This document shows, piece by piece, positions 1 to 10,635 of a DNA stretch of 44,098 nucleotides. Below the pieces are notes generated by a model that ran no database searches, was not told where the DNA came from, and was given only the letters and a program-made list of their open reading frames with translations. Source of the DNA: Verrucomicrobiota bacterium (GTDB lineage Bacteria > Verrucomicrobiota > Verrucomicrobiia > Opitutales > Coraliomargaritaceae); NCBI GenBank assembly GCA_027620575.1, contig JAQCDT010000001.1:1-44098 (forward strand). Direction: 5' to 3'. Positions within the stretch are counted from its first letter, which is position 1, and each line of letters begins with the position of its first letter. A program made the translations under genes and the position numbers.

Positions 1-1172
1 AAAACATTCCCAATCTTAGCGATATTCGCTATATGATTGAAATCCTAGAATACCTAGGTGCAAAAATTGAGCAACCAGAAATAGGTGAATGGATCATTCA
101 TGCTAACACCATTTCACACATTGCTCCCTATGAACTGGTGCGAAAAATGCGTGCTTCAGTATGCCTCTTAGGGCCTCTAGTAGCTCGATTAAAAAAAGCT
201 GAGGTTTCAATTCCTGGTGGCTGTGTCATCGGGCCTCGTCCAATAGATTTACACCTTAAAGGCTTACGAAGGTTAAATTGTGATGTGACTATTTCTAATG
301 GCTATGTCTATGTGGATGCGGAAAATATGCGTGGCTCAAGTATATTCTTAGGAGGTCGCAACGGAAGCACCGTCACTGGTACAGCCAACCTAATCATGGC
401 TGCGGTTCTCGCTCCGGGAACAACTCGAATTGAGAGTGCCGCTTGTGAACCTGAAATTATCGACCTATGCCAGCTACTCGTAAAAATGGGTGCTCGCATT
501 GAACAAATCGGCGGACCTGAACTGATCATCACTGGAGTGGATGAACTTCACGGATGCGAACACACTATTATACCCGACAGAATTGAAGCAGGCACCTTCA
601 TCTGTGCCGCCGCCATAACTAAAGGACATGTCACCCTTAAAGGCATTTCCTATAAATACCTAGGTGCTTTTCTTGATAAGATTCAAGAAGCAGAACTTCC
701 TTTAGAAATCTCCGATGATTCAATTACCATCCTTCCTTATCAAGGGAGTCTTAAGCCGGTGGATATTATTACTTTGCCCTACCCAGGATTTCCAACTGAC
801 CTACAAGCTCAAATGTGTGCCTTGATGTCGATCACTGAAGGCATCTCCATCATTACCGAAAAGATTTACCCAAATCGATTCATGCACATTCCTGAGCTTC
901 AAAGAATGGGTGCCAATATTGCCATCGAAGGTTCTAGTGCCATTATCAAAGGTCCAAGTCCGTTTTCTGGTGCACCCGTGATGGCTTCTGATTTAAGGGC
1001 CTCCGCTGCCTTAATATTGGCAGGACTTGCGGGCAAAAATACAACTTGGATTCAACGTATCTACCACCTTGACCGAGGCTATGAATCTTTTGAAAAAAAG
1101 CTCTCCGCCCTCGGTGCAAATATTGAACGTCTATCGGAAAAAGATATCCCGAACGATTTATTGGATACTTAA
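1..1172 (+). CDS. murA: UDP-N-acetylglucosamine 1-carboxyvinyltransferase (MurA), 5'-truncated by the window edge
   Basis: The ORF at 33..1172 stays open upstream to position 3 in the same frame (NIPNLSDIRYMIEILEYLGAKIE). It carries the MurA catalytic Cys loop PGGCVIGPRPIDLHLKGL. It is colinear with about 390 of the roughly 420 aa of MurA, including the C-terminal IYHLDRGYE. Confidence 0.95.
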   Translation, partial: NIPNLSDIRYMIEILEYLGAKIEQPEIGEWIIHANTISHIAPYELVRKMRASVCLLGPLVARLKKAEVSIPGGCVIGPRPIDLHLKGLRRLNCDVTISNGYVYVDAENMRGSSIFLGGRNGSTVTGTANLIMAAVLAPGTTRIESAACEPEIIDLCQLLVKMGARIEQIGGPELIITGVDELHGCEHTIIPDRIEAGTFICAAAITKGHVTLKGISYKYLGAFLDKIQEAELPLEISDDSITILPYQGSLKPVDIITLPYPGFPTDLQAQMCALMSITEGISIITEKIYPNRFMHIPELQRMGANIAIEGSSAIIKGPSPFSGAPVMASDLRASAALILAGLAGKNTTWIQRIYHLDRGYESFEKKLSALGANIERLSEKDIPNDLLDT

Positions 1173-1216
1173 ATTGTCTGTTGAAGTCGCCCTCTTTATC
1201 TGTCTAACTTTTCTAC

Positions 1217-2254
1217 ATGGCCGAACCGGACACAGAAATTCCTAATAACGAAACTTCAAAAATCGAACATGCCTTAAATGCATCTGCGGAATCTAATGAT
1301 TCGATTATTCGTCCTAGTGCCTTAGAAGATTTTGCGGGTCAGGAAAAAACCGTTACCCGACTCTCGATAATGGTTGGCGCTGCCCTTACACGCAAAGAAC
1401 CACTCAATCACATTTTACTGAGCGGCCCTCCGGGCTTAGGCAAGACCACCCTCTCATTTATTTTAGGACACGAGATGGGTGCACAAGTTGTTATTACATC
1501 TGGGCCGGTTATTGATAAGCCGGCAGACCTTGCTGGCTTGCTCACAAACCTAAGCGAAGGAGATATCCTCTTTATCGATGAAATTCATCGTATGCCAAAA
1601 ACCGTTGAAGAGTACCTCTATTCAGCAATGGAAGATTTTCGTATCGATATCATGATCGATCAAGGTCCCAATGCACGAAGTGTACGCCTAAACTTGCCAA
1701 AATTTACCTTAATTGGAGCCACTACCCGTATTGGTTTGCTCACCGCACCACTTAGAAGTCGCTTCACCCTTCAGTCTCGTCTAAATTATTACGACCTAAA
1801 AACTTTGGAAGGTATTATACAACGTACCTGCAACATCCTCGATGTGCCTTTCACTGAAGACGGTGCTATTGAAATTGCGAAACGTGCCCGAGGTACTCCA
1901 AGAATCGCTAATAATTTAATCAATTTCTGCCGAGATTATGCGATGCAAAAAGGCGACGGTGTTATAACAAAAGAACAAGCGAATAGAGCTCTTGAACTAC
2001 TGGAAATTGATCATCGAGGCTTAGATGAGCTTGATAAAAAAATACTCCGCATCATTGCAGACAATTACAAAGGTGGGCCAGTGGGACTTCGCACCCTTGC
2101 GGTTGCTGTCGGAGAAGAAGCGCACACATTAGAAGAAGTTCATGAACCGTTTCTAATCCAAGAAGGGTATATTGCTCGTACTGCTCAAGGCAGAGTTCTT
2201 TCGGATAAAGGGTGGCACGTTGTTGGAATAGAACCACCCGACTCTCAAGAATAA
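1217..2254 (+). CDS. ruvB: Holliday junction branch migration helicase RuvB
   Basis: 345 aa. It has Walker A GPPGLGKTT, Walker B LFIDEIHR and the RuvB-type sensor and winged-helix C-terminus (EPFLIQEGYIARTAQGR). Confidence 0.95.
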   Translation: MAEPDTEIPNNETSKIEHALNASAESNDSIIRPSALEDFAGQEKTVTRLSIMVGAALTRKEPLNHILLSGPPGLGKTTLSFILGHEMGAQVVITSGPVIDKPADLAGLLTNLSEGDILFIDEIHRMPKTVEEYLYSAMEDFRIDIMIDQGPNARSVRLNLPKFTLIGATTRIGLLTAPLRSRFTLQSRLNYYDLKTLEGIIQRTCNILDVPFTEDGAIEIAKRARGTPRIANNLINFCRDYAMQKGDGVITKEQANRALELLEIDHRGLDELDKKILRIIADNYKGGPVGLRTLAVAVGEEAHTLEEVHEPFLIQEGYIARTAQGRVLSDKGWHVVGIEPPDSQE

Positions 2255-2269
2255 AACACACCTTGCTCT

Positions 2270-2836
2270 ATGGGAAGAAATTCGGTTCATAAAATTAAGC
2301 GTACTCCTCGATACTCTCAACCTTCGTCAGCGATTCTATTAGAAAATGAAGACGATTTGATGGATCTCATAGAAACCAAGGAGAAACCACTATTACTCAT
2401 TCTTGAAGGCGTACAAGACCCACATAATTTAGGTGCCTGTTTGCGAACTGCCTCAGGTGCTGGCGTGCATGCAGTCATCGCACCCATTAAAGGTGCGTGT
2501 GGTATAACGGATACAGTCAAAGATATTGCCTGCGGTGGGGCTGACGAAGTGCCCTTCTTAAAAGTAAAAAACATTTCTAGCTTGATTCGAAAACTCAAGG
2601 ATCAAGGAATACAAATAGTGGGCACCTCTGACCGTGGCACAGACAGTTTATATGACGTAAATCTTAATCAAGGTTCCGCAATTGTTCTCGGCAGTGAAGG
2701 TTGGGGACTGCGAAAAATTACAAGCGAACTCTGTGATTGCTTAATCTCTATTCCTATGGCAGGAAGAGTTGATTGTCTCAATGTTTCGGTTTCTGCCGGT
2801 GTTTGCCTATATGAAACAGTTCGCCAAAGACTTTAA
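2270..2836 (+). CDS. SpoU/TrmH-family RNA 2'-O-methyltransferase (RlmB/TrmH-like, short form)
   Basis: 188 aa with SPOUT motifs DPHNLGACLRTA, LGSEGWGL and IPMAGRVDCLNVSVSAGVCLYE. It lacks the N-terminal substrate-binding domain of full-length RlmB, so the exact target is unknown. Confidence 0.85.
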   Translation: MGRNSVHKIKRTPRYSQPSSAILLENEDDLMDLIETKEKPLLLILEGVQDPHNLGACLRTASGAGVHAVIAPIKGACGITDTVKDIACGGADEVPFLKVKNISSLIRKLKDQGIQIVGTSDRGTDSLYDVNLNQGSAIVLGSEGWGLRKITSELCDCLISIPMAGRVDCLNVSVSAGVCLYETVRQRL

Positions 2837-2891
2837 TCCATAGCCTTTTCACCTTAATTGCTTAAACCTTTTAGAATTTATTTATATCAAA

Positions 2892-4070
2892 ATGATTCAA
2901 ACTATCTTAAACAATACGGATACATTAATTGGACAGGAATCCTTAGAAGAAAAATTGCAATCGGGCCGTCCTTTGAAAATAAAATTGGGGGTTGATCCAA
3001 CACGCCCGGATTTGACCTTTGGACATTTAGTCGTCTTCAATAAGCTCAGGCAGTTCCAAGAACTTGGACATGAAGCTAACTTAATCATTGGCGATTTCAC
3101 TACTTTGATTGGCGATCCATCGGGCCGTTCTTCCACGCGTCCAGTTTTGACTAAGGAAGCCATTAAGGAAAATGCTAAAACCTATTTAGACCAAGCCTTT
3201 AAAATACTGGATAAAAGTAAAACCAAAGTACACTACAACAGTGAATGGTTTGGCACCATGGGCTTTGAGGATTGCTTGCAACTCGCACGAAAAATGACCG
3301 TCGCTCGTATGTTGGAACGTGATGATTTTTCTAAACGCTTTGCTTCGAACGCACCTATTTCGATTATCGAATTCCTCTACCCTTTGATCCAAGGGTATGA
3401 TTCCTTAGTCCTAGATGCTGATGTAGAAATTGGCGGCACCGATCAATTATTCAATATGCTTGTTGGACGTGCATTACAAAAAGATGCCGGCAAATCTGAA
3501 CAGGCCGTAATCACTATGCCTCTTTTAGTCGGACTTGATGGAAGCAAAAAAATGTCTAAAAGTGCAGACAACTATATTGCATTCACTGATGCCCCTAAGG
3601 ATATGTTTGGTAAAATTATGTCTATTGATGACGCCACCATGTGGACTTATCATCAATTGCTTCTCGAAACGCCTGAAGACTCTATTGAAGCCATGAAGCA
3701 AGAACACCCTATGCAAGTAAGGAAGCATTTGGCAAAATCGCTGGTCAGCCGTTTTTATTCTGAAGCGATTGCGGAAAATGAGTTAGCACAATTTGAACAA
3801 GTGTTTTCTAAAAACAAAATTCCTGACGATATGCCTACCTTTACATGGGCGCAACTCAGTGAAAATGCAGGCGAAGATTTAATCACTAATATCATGCACC
3901 AAACAAATCTTTTTGAGAGTAAAGGTGCTATCCGTCGTTTAATGGCTCAAGGTGGTGTAAAGGTGAATGGAGAAAAAATCACAGACCCTCAAAAAGCGAT
4001 CAATCTCAGTGAAGACGACCAAGTAATTCAGGCAGGAAAACGAATATTTTTTAAATTACTTAAAAAGTGA
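2892..4070 (+). CDS. tyrS: Tyrosine--tRNA ligase
   Basis: 392 aa. It has the class I HIGH-like motif (GVDPTRPDLTFGHL), KMSKS, and a C-terminal S4-like domain (GAIRRLMAQGGVKVNGEKI). Confidence 0.95.
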   Translation: MIQTILNNTDTLIGQESLEEKLQSGRPLKIKLGVDPTRPDLTFGHLVVFNKLRQFQELGHEANLIIGDFTTLIGDPSGRSSTRPVLTKEAIKENAKTYLDQAFKILDKSKTKVHYNSEWFGTMGFEDCLQLARKMTVARMLERDDFSKRFASNAPISIIEFLYPLIQGYDSLVLDADVEIGGTDQLFNMLVGRALQKDAGKSEQAVITMPLLVGLDGSKKMSKSADNYIAFTDAPKDMFGKIMSIDDATMWTYHQLLLETPEDSIEAMKQEHPMQVRKHLAKSLVSRFYSEAIAENELAQFEQVFSKNKIPDDMPTFTWAQLSENAGEDLITNIMHQTNLFESKGAIRRLMAQGGVKVNGEKITDPQKAINLSEDDQVIQAGKRIFFKLLKK

Positions 4071-4159
4071 TAAAACTATTGCTTGTTATCACATAATTCA
4101 TTGACTTTCAGTAACGATAGGCAAAAACATATAGTATACTTTTTTAATTTCCAACACAA

Positions 4160-5182
4160 GTGATAGGACTACTTTCCAACGATATCGGCATTGACCTCGG
4201 AACAGCAAACACGCTCGTTTTTGCTAAAGATAAAGGTATTGTACTTCGTGAGCCTAGTGTTGTTGCAATTTATTCTAGCAGTAAAAAAGTTTGCGCAGTG
4301 GGTTCTGAAGCGAAACGTATGCTTGGGCGTACTCCAGGAAATATTACTGCCATTCGTCCGATGCGAGATGGCGTGATTGCTGATTTTGAAATCACTGAAG
4401 CGATGCTACGTTATTTCATTGGAAAAGTGAATCGTAAAAAAACCTTCATTGCTCCAAGAATCGTTGTAGCCGTACCTTCAGGAATCACTGAAGTTGAACG
4501 CCGTGCCGTGAAAGATTCAGCGATTCGTGCGGGTGCCCGAGACGTTGTTTTAATTGAAGAGCCAATGGCGGCAGCAATTGGTGTAGGGCTTCCGATTGAT
4601 GAACCTGCCGCAAATATGATTGTTGATATTGGCGGTGGTACTACCGAAGTGGCTATTATCTCTTTAGCGGGTGTTGTTTATACTAAAAGTATTCGTGTCG
4701 GTGGTGATGAAATTGATACCGCAATTATTAATTATATGAAACGCTCTTATAATTTGATGATTGGTGAGCGTACCGCAGAAGCGATTAAAATGACCATTGG
4801 ATCTGCATTTAAACTTGAAGAAGAATCTTCCATGGAAGTGCGTGGTCGAGATTCCGTTGCCGGCTTACCCAAAACGATCACCATCACTTCAGAAGAGATT
4901 CGTGAAGCTTTATCCGATACAATTTCTGCAATCACTGACTTAGTGAGAAATGCACTTGAAAGATGTCCACCCGAATTATCTGCTGACTTAGTGGATCGAG
5001 GGTTTGTCCTCGCAGGAGGCGGTGCCTTAATCAGCGGACTGGATCAATACTTAAGCGATGCAACCGGGCTTCCTGTTATCATAGCCGAGGACCCACTCAG
5101 TGCGGTCGCTAATGGGACTGGAATGGTGCTACAAGATTTAGCGCTATTGCTGAAAGATGTTGCTGAAACAGGGAGAGGATAA
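4160..5182 (+). CDS. mreB: Rod shape-determining actin homologue MreB
   Basis: 340 aa with a GTG start. It is near-colinear with E. coli MreB ([57 protein letters not shown]). Confidence 0.95.
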   Translation: MIGLLSNDIGIDLGTANTLVFAKDKGIVLREPSVVAIYSSSKKVCAVGSEAKRMLGRTPGNITAIRPMRDGVIADFEITEAMLRYFIGKVNRKKTFIAPRIVVAVPSGITEVERRAVKDSAIRAGARDVVLIEEPMAAAIGVGLPIDEPAANMIVDIGGGTTEVAIISLAGVVYTKSIRVGGDEIDTAIINYMKRSYNLMIGERTAEAIKMTIGSAFKLEEESSMEVRGRDSVAGLPKTITITSEEIREALSDTISAITDLVRNALERCPPELSADLVDRGFVLAGGGALISGLDQYLSDATGLPVIIAEDPLSAVANGTGMVLQDLALLLKDVAETGRG

Positions 5183-5187
5183 AGACA

Positions 5188-6039
5188 GTGGCGCGGATTC
5201 GCCTCGATAGACTTACCCCGATTGTTACGCTAATTGTGTTTCTCTTCATTTGGTGGCTCACACCAAGTTTTATCAAGCTCTTCACCCAAAGCTCTTTTGA
5301 AGAAATTCAGGCTCCAATTTGGATTGCCACAAATCAGTTAGAAACGATTGCAAACAATACTGCGAACAAAACAAAGAGCAAGCAAGTGCTCATCGACACC
5401 ATAAGTGAACTGAAACGGCAAAATGCTTATTACAAGCAAATCAAGAATATCAACGAAAATTACAAAGCGGAAATTAGTCGCTTAGAATCTATTTTAAACT
5501 TACCGAGCAGAGATCGCTTTCGTTATGAATTAGCCCATGTCATACAGAGAAACATGGGGAGTTGGTGGCAAACAATTCGAATTAATAAAGGCTCTAAGCA
5601 CGGCATACAAAAAGGAGATGCGGTTATTTTTATTGGCGGGGTTGTGGGTCGTATTGCCAAAACCAATTATTATACAAGCCAAGTGGATTTACTTTCGAAT
5701 CATTCCTTTAGAATATCTGCCTCGTTTATTAATGACTATCGCCCATTATTTTACCAAGGGAAAGGGACTGACTTATGGGGACAACCTAAAGGTAGAATTA
5801 AAAATGCACCGCAAGATTTGACGACAGATTCGGCTAAGCCACTTCAGCTAGTGACAACGGGTTTAGGTGACACATTTCCTGAAGGTATTACCATTGGCCT
5901 TGTTCCATGGCTCGAGCCGGATAACACTGGAATGTTTCAAGCGGGAGAAGTGCAATTAGACAAACGCCTCTTAGGGGTCAAAGAAGTCGCTGTGTTAATC
6001 CCATTTAATAGAATCGAAACCATAGATCATGATTTTTGA
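5188..6039 (+). CDS. mreC: Rod shape-determining protein MreC
   Basis: 283 aa with a GTG start, 5 nt after mreB. It has an N-terminal TM helix, a coiled-coil stretch and the MreC beta-barrel signature GDAVIFIGGVVGRIAK. Position between mreB and mreD supports the call. Confidence 0.85.
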   Translation: MARIRLDRLTPIVTLIVFLFIWWLTPSFIKLFTQSSFEEIQAPIWIATNQLETIANNTANKTKSKQVLIDTISELKRQNAYYKQIKNINENYKAEISRLESILNLPSRDRFRYELAHVIQRNMGSWWQTIRINKGSKHGIQKGDAVIFIGGVVGRIAKTNYYTSQVDLLSNHSFRISASFINDYRPLFYQGKGTDLWGQPKGRIKNAPQDLTTDSAKPLQLVTTGLGDTFPEGITIGLVPWLEPDNTGMFQAGEVQLDKRLLGVKEVAVLIPFNRIETIDHDF

Positions 6040-6562
6040 TAAACGAAGCCTACTCCTTTTTGTCTCAAATGCGCTCTTGCTTCATCTTATGCTCATGATC
6101 AACAGCAGTATCACGTTTGCTGGATTCAATCTCTTTGTTCTTGGCCCTATATTTATAATTGCCCCACTCTACTTGAGGGCAGATCAATTTTTTATCACTT
6201 CATTGTTAACGGGCTTTTGGGTGGATGCGGCTCTTCCTACCCCCTTTGGATTAGTGACATTTTTGCTTCTGACTATTGGGTCATTCATTCTATTAATTCG
6301 CCTTAGGTTTAGGGCAGAGAAAAATTTTCATCCCTCATTACTGGCCCATGTTGCCAACTTAATTGCAGGACTAACGCTCCTGTATTTCAGTGTCAGTACT
6401 AACTTCGCAGATTTTGTTGTCCTTCTCTCTACCAGTTTTATCGAGCTCGCGATTTCTCACCTTTTGCTTCTGTTTGTCGCTCCTTGGTTCTTTAATTTTC
6501 AGCGCTCACTCTTCTCAATATTTGACACCAAAACAGAACCCGAGTCTTTGCCCTTTGTTTAA
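6029..6562 (+). CDS. mreD: Rod shape-determining protein MreD (polytopic membrane protein)
   Basis: 177 aa and entirely hydrophobic, with about 5 TM segments. It overlaps the mreC stop by 11 nt and precedes PBP2. The call rests mainly on synteny and topology. Confidence 0.7.
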   Translation: MIFDKRSLLLFVSNALLLHLMLMINSSITFAGFNLFVLGPIFIIAPLYLRADQFFITSLLTGFWVDAALPTPFGLVTFLLLTIGSFILLIRLRFRAEKNFHPSLLAHVANLIAGLTLLYFSVSTNFADFVVLLSTSFIELAISHLLLLFVAPWFFNFQRSLFSIFDTKTEPESLPFV

Positions 6563-6568
6563 TCACTT

Positions 6569-8485
6569 ATGGAAAACTATGACATCAAACGTAGAGACAA
6601 TCCAAGAATACTTTTGTTCTTATGGCTCAACTTGATTCTGACGTCTCTTTTAATAATCGGCTTAGCTCGACAACAATTTTTCAAAAAAGATACCTATGAA
6701 GATATGGAACGTCGGCAAACTGAACGACGTATCTTTCTTCCTGGCCCTAGGGGCGATATTTATGATCGCAATGGCAACCTACTAGTCGGAAATCGTCCTC
6801 ATTATTCAGCAAGTGTAATTCTTGATGATTTAAGACCTGAATTTCGCAAAGAATATTCGAAACTCATTCGACAAGCGAGGTCACAAATAGAAGCAGAAAG
6901 TGTGGATTCAAAAACACCTTCACGCCTGCCCGATTACTATCAGCTAAAATGGGAAGCTCGTACTAACGTACTTCAAAAATACCTCGACATCATTGAATCC
7001 GTAACCCAACGAAATACCGTACTCAAAGAAAGTAAAATTATACGACATTTCAATGAACAGCTATTGTTGCCTTTACCTCTCACACAGGATTTAAACGCTT
7101 CCGAATATGCTCAACTGATTGAGCGTCTTCCCGTTCATTCGCCAATCAATATTCACACTAGCTCGGCAAGATATTACCCTTACAAAGAGCTTGCTGCTCA
7201 TACGCTTGGCTATGTTCAAAATGTAAACCCCGATTTAAGCTTATTGCCTAAAGATGGAATTAAAAATTTCACCTACAAAACAAAAGTTGGGAAAACGGGC
7301 ATAGAAAATACCTTTGATGATCAACTCATAGGACACAACGGTTATGAGATCTGGCAGGTTGATCCACTAGGCTATCAGAGCAAACAATTAGAACTCAAAC
7401 CACCTAAGCAAGGCAATGATCTGATTACCAGTATCGATATCGAACTTCAAAGAGTCGCCGAAATCGCCTTAGGCAATCGTACGGGAGCCGCTATCGCACT
7501 AGATGTTGAAACAGGCGAAGTCCTCAGCTTGGTCAGTCATCCAAACTTTGATTTAAATGACCTAAGCCCCTACATTCCACAAAACACGTTTAATGAAATA
7601 AATGATGCAGGTGCTTGGCTAAACCGAGCGGTACAACTTTCCTACCCGCCAGGGTCCACTTTTAAATTAATCACTGCCATCGCAGGATTAAAAGCAGGGC
7701 TTATCGATGAAACCACAACTGTGAATTGCCCAGGCGTTTATCGAGTAGGCAATCGTATCTATCATTGCCACGCAAAAAATGGACATGGTTCCGTAAATCT
7801 AGAAAAGGCCATCGCAGCTAGCTGTAATGTGTTCTTCTATGATATCGGTCTCAAGCTCGGGATCGATAAGATTAATGCTGAAGCGATCCATTTTAATCTA
7901 GACCAACCAACAGGCATTGAGCTTCCCTACGAAACTAAACGCATTGTCATTCCTAGTAAATCGTGGAAGCGTGAGACTATAGGCGACGGGTGGACTCCTG
8001 GAGACACGGCAAACACCGCAATCGGACAAGGATTTCTTTTGGTCACTCCCCTTCAAATGGCCTGCACAGTCGCATCAATTGCCCGTGATGAAACGCTCAC
8101 CCAACCCACTCTTATGGCCGTTCCAAGAAATGGCTCTGAAAATCATTTACAAAACAGTCTTCCAACAGGGCTTACTTCTGATCAACGTAATCTTTTGCTC
8201 AAAGGGATGCAGGGCGTCACTAGTTCAATCGGCACAGGACGCTTAATCCACATCAAAGATTTGCCCATAGCAGGAAAAACAGGAACTGCCGATTTTAGAG
8301 CCCATGGCAAAGAAGTAAACCTAGCTTGGTTCGTTGGATTTGCCCCAATCAATAATCCGAAAATAGCGGTAGCCGTCATGGTGGAAGGCACCAAGGAGTC
8401 CGATGACTATCACGGAGGTTCGACCGCTGGACCTATTGCGAAAGATTTATTCCTCGCTTACCAAAAGAAATATTTAAATCGCTAA
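6569..8485 (+). CDS. mrdA: Penicillin-binding protein 2 (elongasome transpeptidase)
   Basis: 638 aa with an N-terminal TM anchor. It has transpeptidase motifs STFK (SxxK), SCN (SxN) and KTGT. Position after mreBCD supports the call. Confidence 0.92.
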   Translation: MENYDIKRRDNPRILLFLWLNLILTSLLIIGLARQQFFKKDTYEDMERRQTERRIFLPGPRGDIYDRNGNLLVGNRPHYSASVILDDLRPEFRKEYSKLIRQARSQIEAESVDSKTPSRLPDYYQLKWEARTNVLQKYLDIIESVTQRNTVLKESKIIRHFNEQLLLPLPLTQDLNASEYAQLIERLPVHSPINIHTSSARYYPYKELAAHTLGYVQNVNPDLSLLPKDGIKNFTYKTKVGKTGIENTFDDQLIGHNGYEIWQVDPLGYQSKQLELKPPKQGNDLITSIDIELQRVAEIALGNRTGAAIALDVETGEVLSLVSHPNFDLNDLSPYIPQNTFNEINDAGAWLNRAVQLSYPPGSTFKLITAIAGLKAGLIDETTTVNCPGVYRVGNRIYHCHAKNGHGSVNLEKAIAASCNVFFYDIGLKLGIDKINAEAIHFNLDQPTGIELPYETKRIVIPSKSWKRETIGDGWTPGDTANTAIGQGFLLVTPLQMACTVASIARDETLTQPTLMAVPRNGSENHLQNSLPTGLTSDQRNLLLKGMQGVTSSIGTGRLIHIKDLPIAGKTGTADFRAHGKEVNLAWFVGFAPINNPKIAVAVMVEGTKESDDYHGGSTAGPIAKDLFLAYQKKYLNR

Positions 8486-9195
8486 AGCTTGCGAATATCC
8501 GCATACCCACCACTTTCATTTTCTAATAAACGAGGGAATGCGTGAATTAATTTTTGCGCACATTCGTACCCTGAAGGCATTGCATCGGTTCCTTTAGCCG
8601 CTTTCAAAATCTCGATAGGTGCATAACGAGGATCTTCAGGCAAGCTTGTCATATAATCCTGCATTGCCGTATCCACCAACCCAGGGGCAAAAGACGTAAA
8701 ATGTGTCGATGGACATTCTCCTGCGTATAATTTGATCAACATATTCAACGCTGCTTTAGATAAACTATATCCATTCCAGCCACGACTACCGGACAATGAA
8801 GCACCCGATGAAATTCCAATAACCTGCTGAATCGTTCGACTTCCACCCAAGCAAGCATCCAATATCCATTTATTTGACCAGACATTCACTTCCATCGTTG
8901 TTTTCAATTCCGCCATCGAACAATCCTGCATGTCTTTAATTTTTCCCAACACACCTGCGTTTAAAATGACCACATCAAAAGATTCAACATCTTCTATCCA
9001 AGCACGAAATTTTGGCTCACTTTCAGCTTGTTGAGAAAGGTCTAAGGCACAAAAATTCAATCCTTGCTCAAGCAAATCATCAGGGCTTCGGCGACTACAG
9101 CCATAAACATCCGCCCCCATAGCTAAATAGCACTTTGCTAAGCCGTGTCCTAGCCCAGAGCTCACTCCCGTGATTAATATACGTTCTTCACTCAT
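8482..9195 (-). CDS. Short-chain dehydrogenase/reductase (SDR) family oxidoreductase
   Basis: 237 aa with the cofactor motif [11 protein letters not shown] (ILNAG) and catalytic YSLSK (YxxxK). The substrate is unknown. It lies 6 nt downstream of ruvC on the same strand. Confidence 0.85.
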   Translation of the reverse strand: MSEERILITGVSSGLGHGLAKCYLAMGADVYGCSRRSPDDLLEQGLNFCALDLSQQAESEPKFRAWIEDVESFDVVILNAGVLGKIKDMQDCSMAELKTTMEVNVWSNKWILDACLGGSRTIQQVIGISSGASLSGSRGWNGYSLSKAALNMLIKLYAGECPSTHFTSFAPGLVDTAMQDYMTSLPEDPRYAPIEILKAAKGTDAMPSGYECAQKLIHAFPRLLENESGGYADIRKL

Positions 9196-9201
9196 TGGTT
9201 T

Positions 9202-9801
9202 CTATCCCTCCTTTACTGCTTTTTTCCAAGTAAATGCATGACATAAAGCGACTGCCGATGCATCCGACTCATCGTAGGCCGCTTCAAAATCAACATTCAA
9301 AAATCGTCCTACCATTTTCGCTACCTGCTCTTTACTCGCTCGACCATTGCCGACAATCGCTTGCTTGATTCTTAATGGAGCATATTCAAATACAGATAAG
9401 CCTCGCATCGCAACAGGAGCAATCGCCGCTCCTCTTGCCGCTCCCATGATTTGTGCTGTTTGAAAATTTTGAACATAGATTGTCTGTTCCACCGCAACAT
9501 GGTCGATTTCATGGGCCGTTGCCAGATTATCCACTTGCTTGGCAATCTCACCTAGGCAATCCATCATAGTGAACTTCTTGGCTAATTTTAAAGTCGCTCT
9601 ATCTAATAATTCAGCCGCCCCTTTTTTATAGCGAATTACGGCAAAGCCTGCCCCACGCAAACTCGGATCTATTCCTAAAACCACTCCACTGAACGACTCA
9701 CCCAGAGAGGATTCATTCAAAATATTAGAAACCGTCTTTGGATTACTTGCTTTTTTTTCCAAATAATCTGCCCAAAGTTTGCGATTCGATTTTTTTGCCA
9801 T
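9202..9801 (-). CDS. ruvC: Crossover junction endodeoxyribonuclease RuvC (with an approximately 38-aa N-terminal extension)
   Basis: The RuvC core starts at VLGIDPSLRGAGFAVI and includes AVEQTIYVQN and DESDASAVALCHA. The only ATG is at 9801. An in-frame GTG at the VVLGID position is an alternative start with a poor RBS context. Confidence 0.88.
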   Translation of the reverse strand: MAKKSNRKLWADYLEKKASNPKTVSNILNESSLGESFSGVVLGIDPSLRGAGFAVIRYKKGAAELLDRATLKLAKKFTMMDCLGEIAKQVDNLATAHEIDHVAVEQTIYVQNFQTAQIMGAARGAAIAPVAMRGLSVFEYAPLRIKQAIVGNGRASKEQVAKMVGRFLNVDFEAAYDESDASAVALCHAFTWKKAVKEG

Positions 9802-9894
9802 AGACGACTCCCACCATGCATATAATTAAAACAAAAACAATTTTTATATGCCCTCGGCTTGCATCTGTTTCAATAAACGACAAAGATATTTTTT

Positions 9895-10635
9895 ATGCGA
9901 TGGAAATGCATATGTTCATATAAAGGAACCCAATTTGGCGGTTGGCAATTTCAGCCTTCCGGCACAGGGGTGCAAAACCATCTAGAATCGGCACTCAGCT
10001 CAATTTTTGATCAGCCCATTCGTATCCATGGATGCAGCCGAACCGATGCGGGTGTTCATGCCTTCGGACAATGTTTTCATTTTGATGGCGATTGGACCCA
10101 CTCCAAAGATAAATTAAAGCGAGCACTCCATTCTCTTCTCGATAAAGATATTCGTATTGAAACAATCACCCCAGTCTCAGAAAACTTTCACGCTCGCTTT
10201 TCTGCGATTAAAAAAAGTTATGCCTATACAATTTATCTAGACCGAGCACCTCCAACTGAAGAAGCTTTTGTCTGGGCCTGTCGAGATACTCCCATAGATT
10301 TTGAGTCCATGCTCACCGCTAGCCAATATTTTATTGGACAACATGATTTCACCGCCTTCAGTGCGGTTCATGCAAAAGATAAAGACCCCAATCCCATTAA
10401 AGAAATTCATTCCTTAGAGCTTAAGCAAAAAGGTCCAAAGATCAGCATCGCTATTACGGGAAGCGGATTTCTTTATAAGATGGTGCGAAGCATCGTCGGC
10501 ACCCTTTATGCTGTCGGAAGAAATCGACTCAGCCCAGAAGATGTACTCAATATCCTCCACTCAAAGAAACGCACAAATAAAATTGTAACGGCTCCTGCTA
10601 GTGGACTATCCCTCAAAAAAATCTTTTACAAGTAA
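9895..10635 (+). CDS. truA: tRNA pseudouridine(38-40) synthase TruA
   Basis: 246 aa with the catalytic Asp motif GCSRTDAGVHA and C-terminal GSGFLYKMVRSIVGTL. Confidence 0.92.
   Translation: MRWKCICSYKGTQFGGWQFQPSGTGVQNHLESALSSIFDQPIRIHGCSRTDAGVHAFGQCFHFDGDWTHSKDKLKRALHSLLDKDIRIETITPVSENFHARFSAIKKSYAYTIYLDRAPPTEEAFVWACRDTPIDFESMLTASQYFIGQHDFTAFSAVHAKDKDPNPIKEIHSLELKQKGPKISIAITGSGFLYKMVRSIVGTLYAVGRNRLSPEDVLNILHSKKRTNKIVTAPASGLSLKKIFYK

Noticed and set aside
10601-10635. The 35-nt truA/comF overlap as a possible frameshift or fusion signal.
   Set aside because: Both proteins are complete and in different frames. The overlap is most simply explained by an uncertain GTG start for comF.
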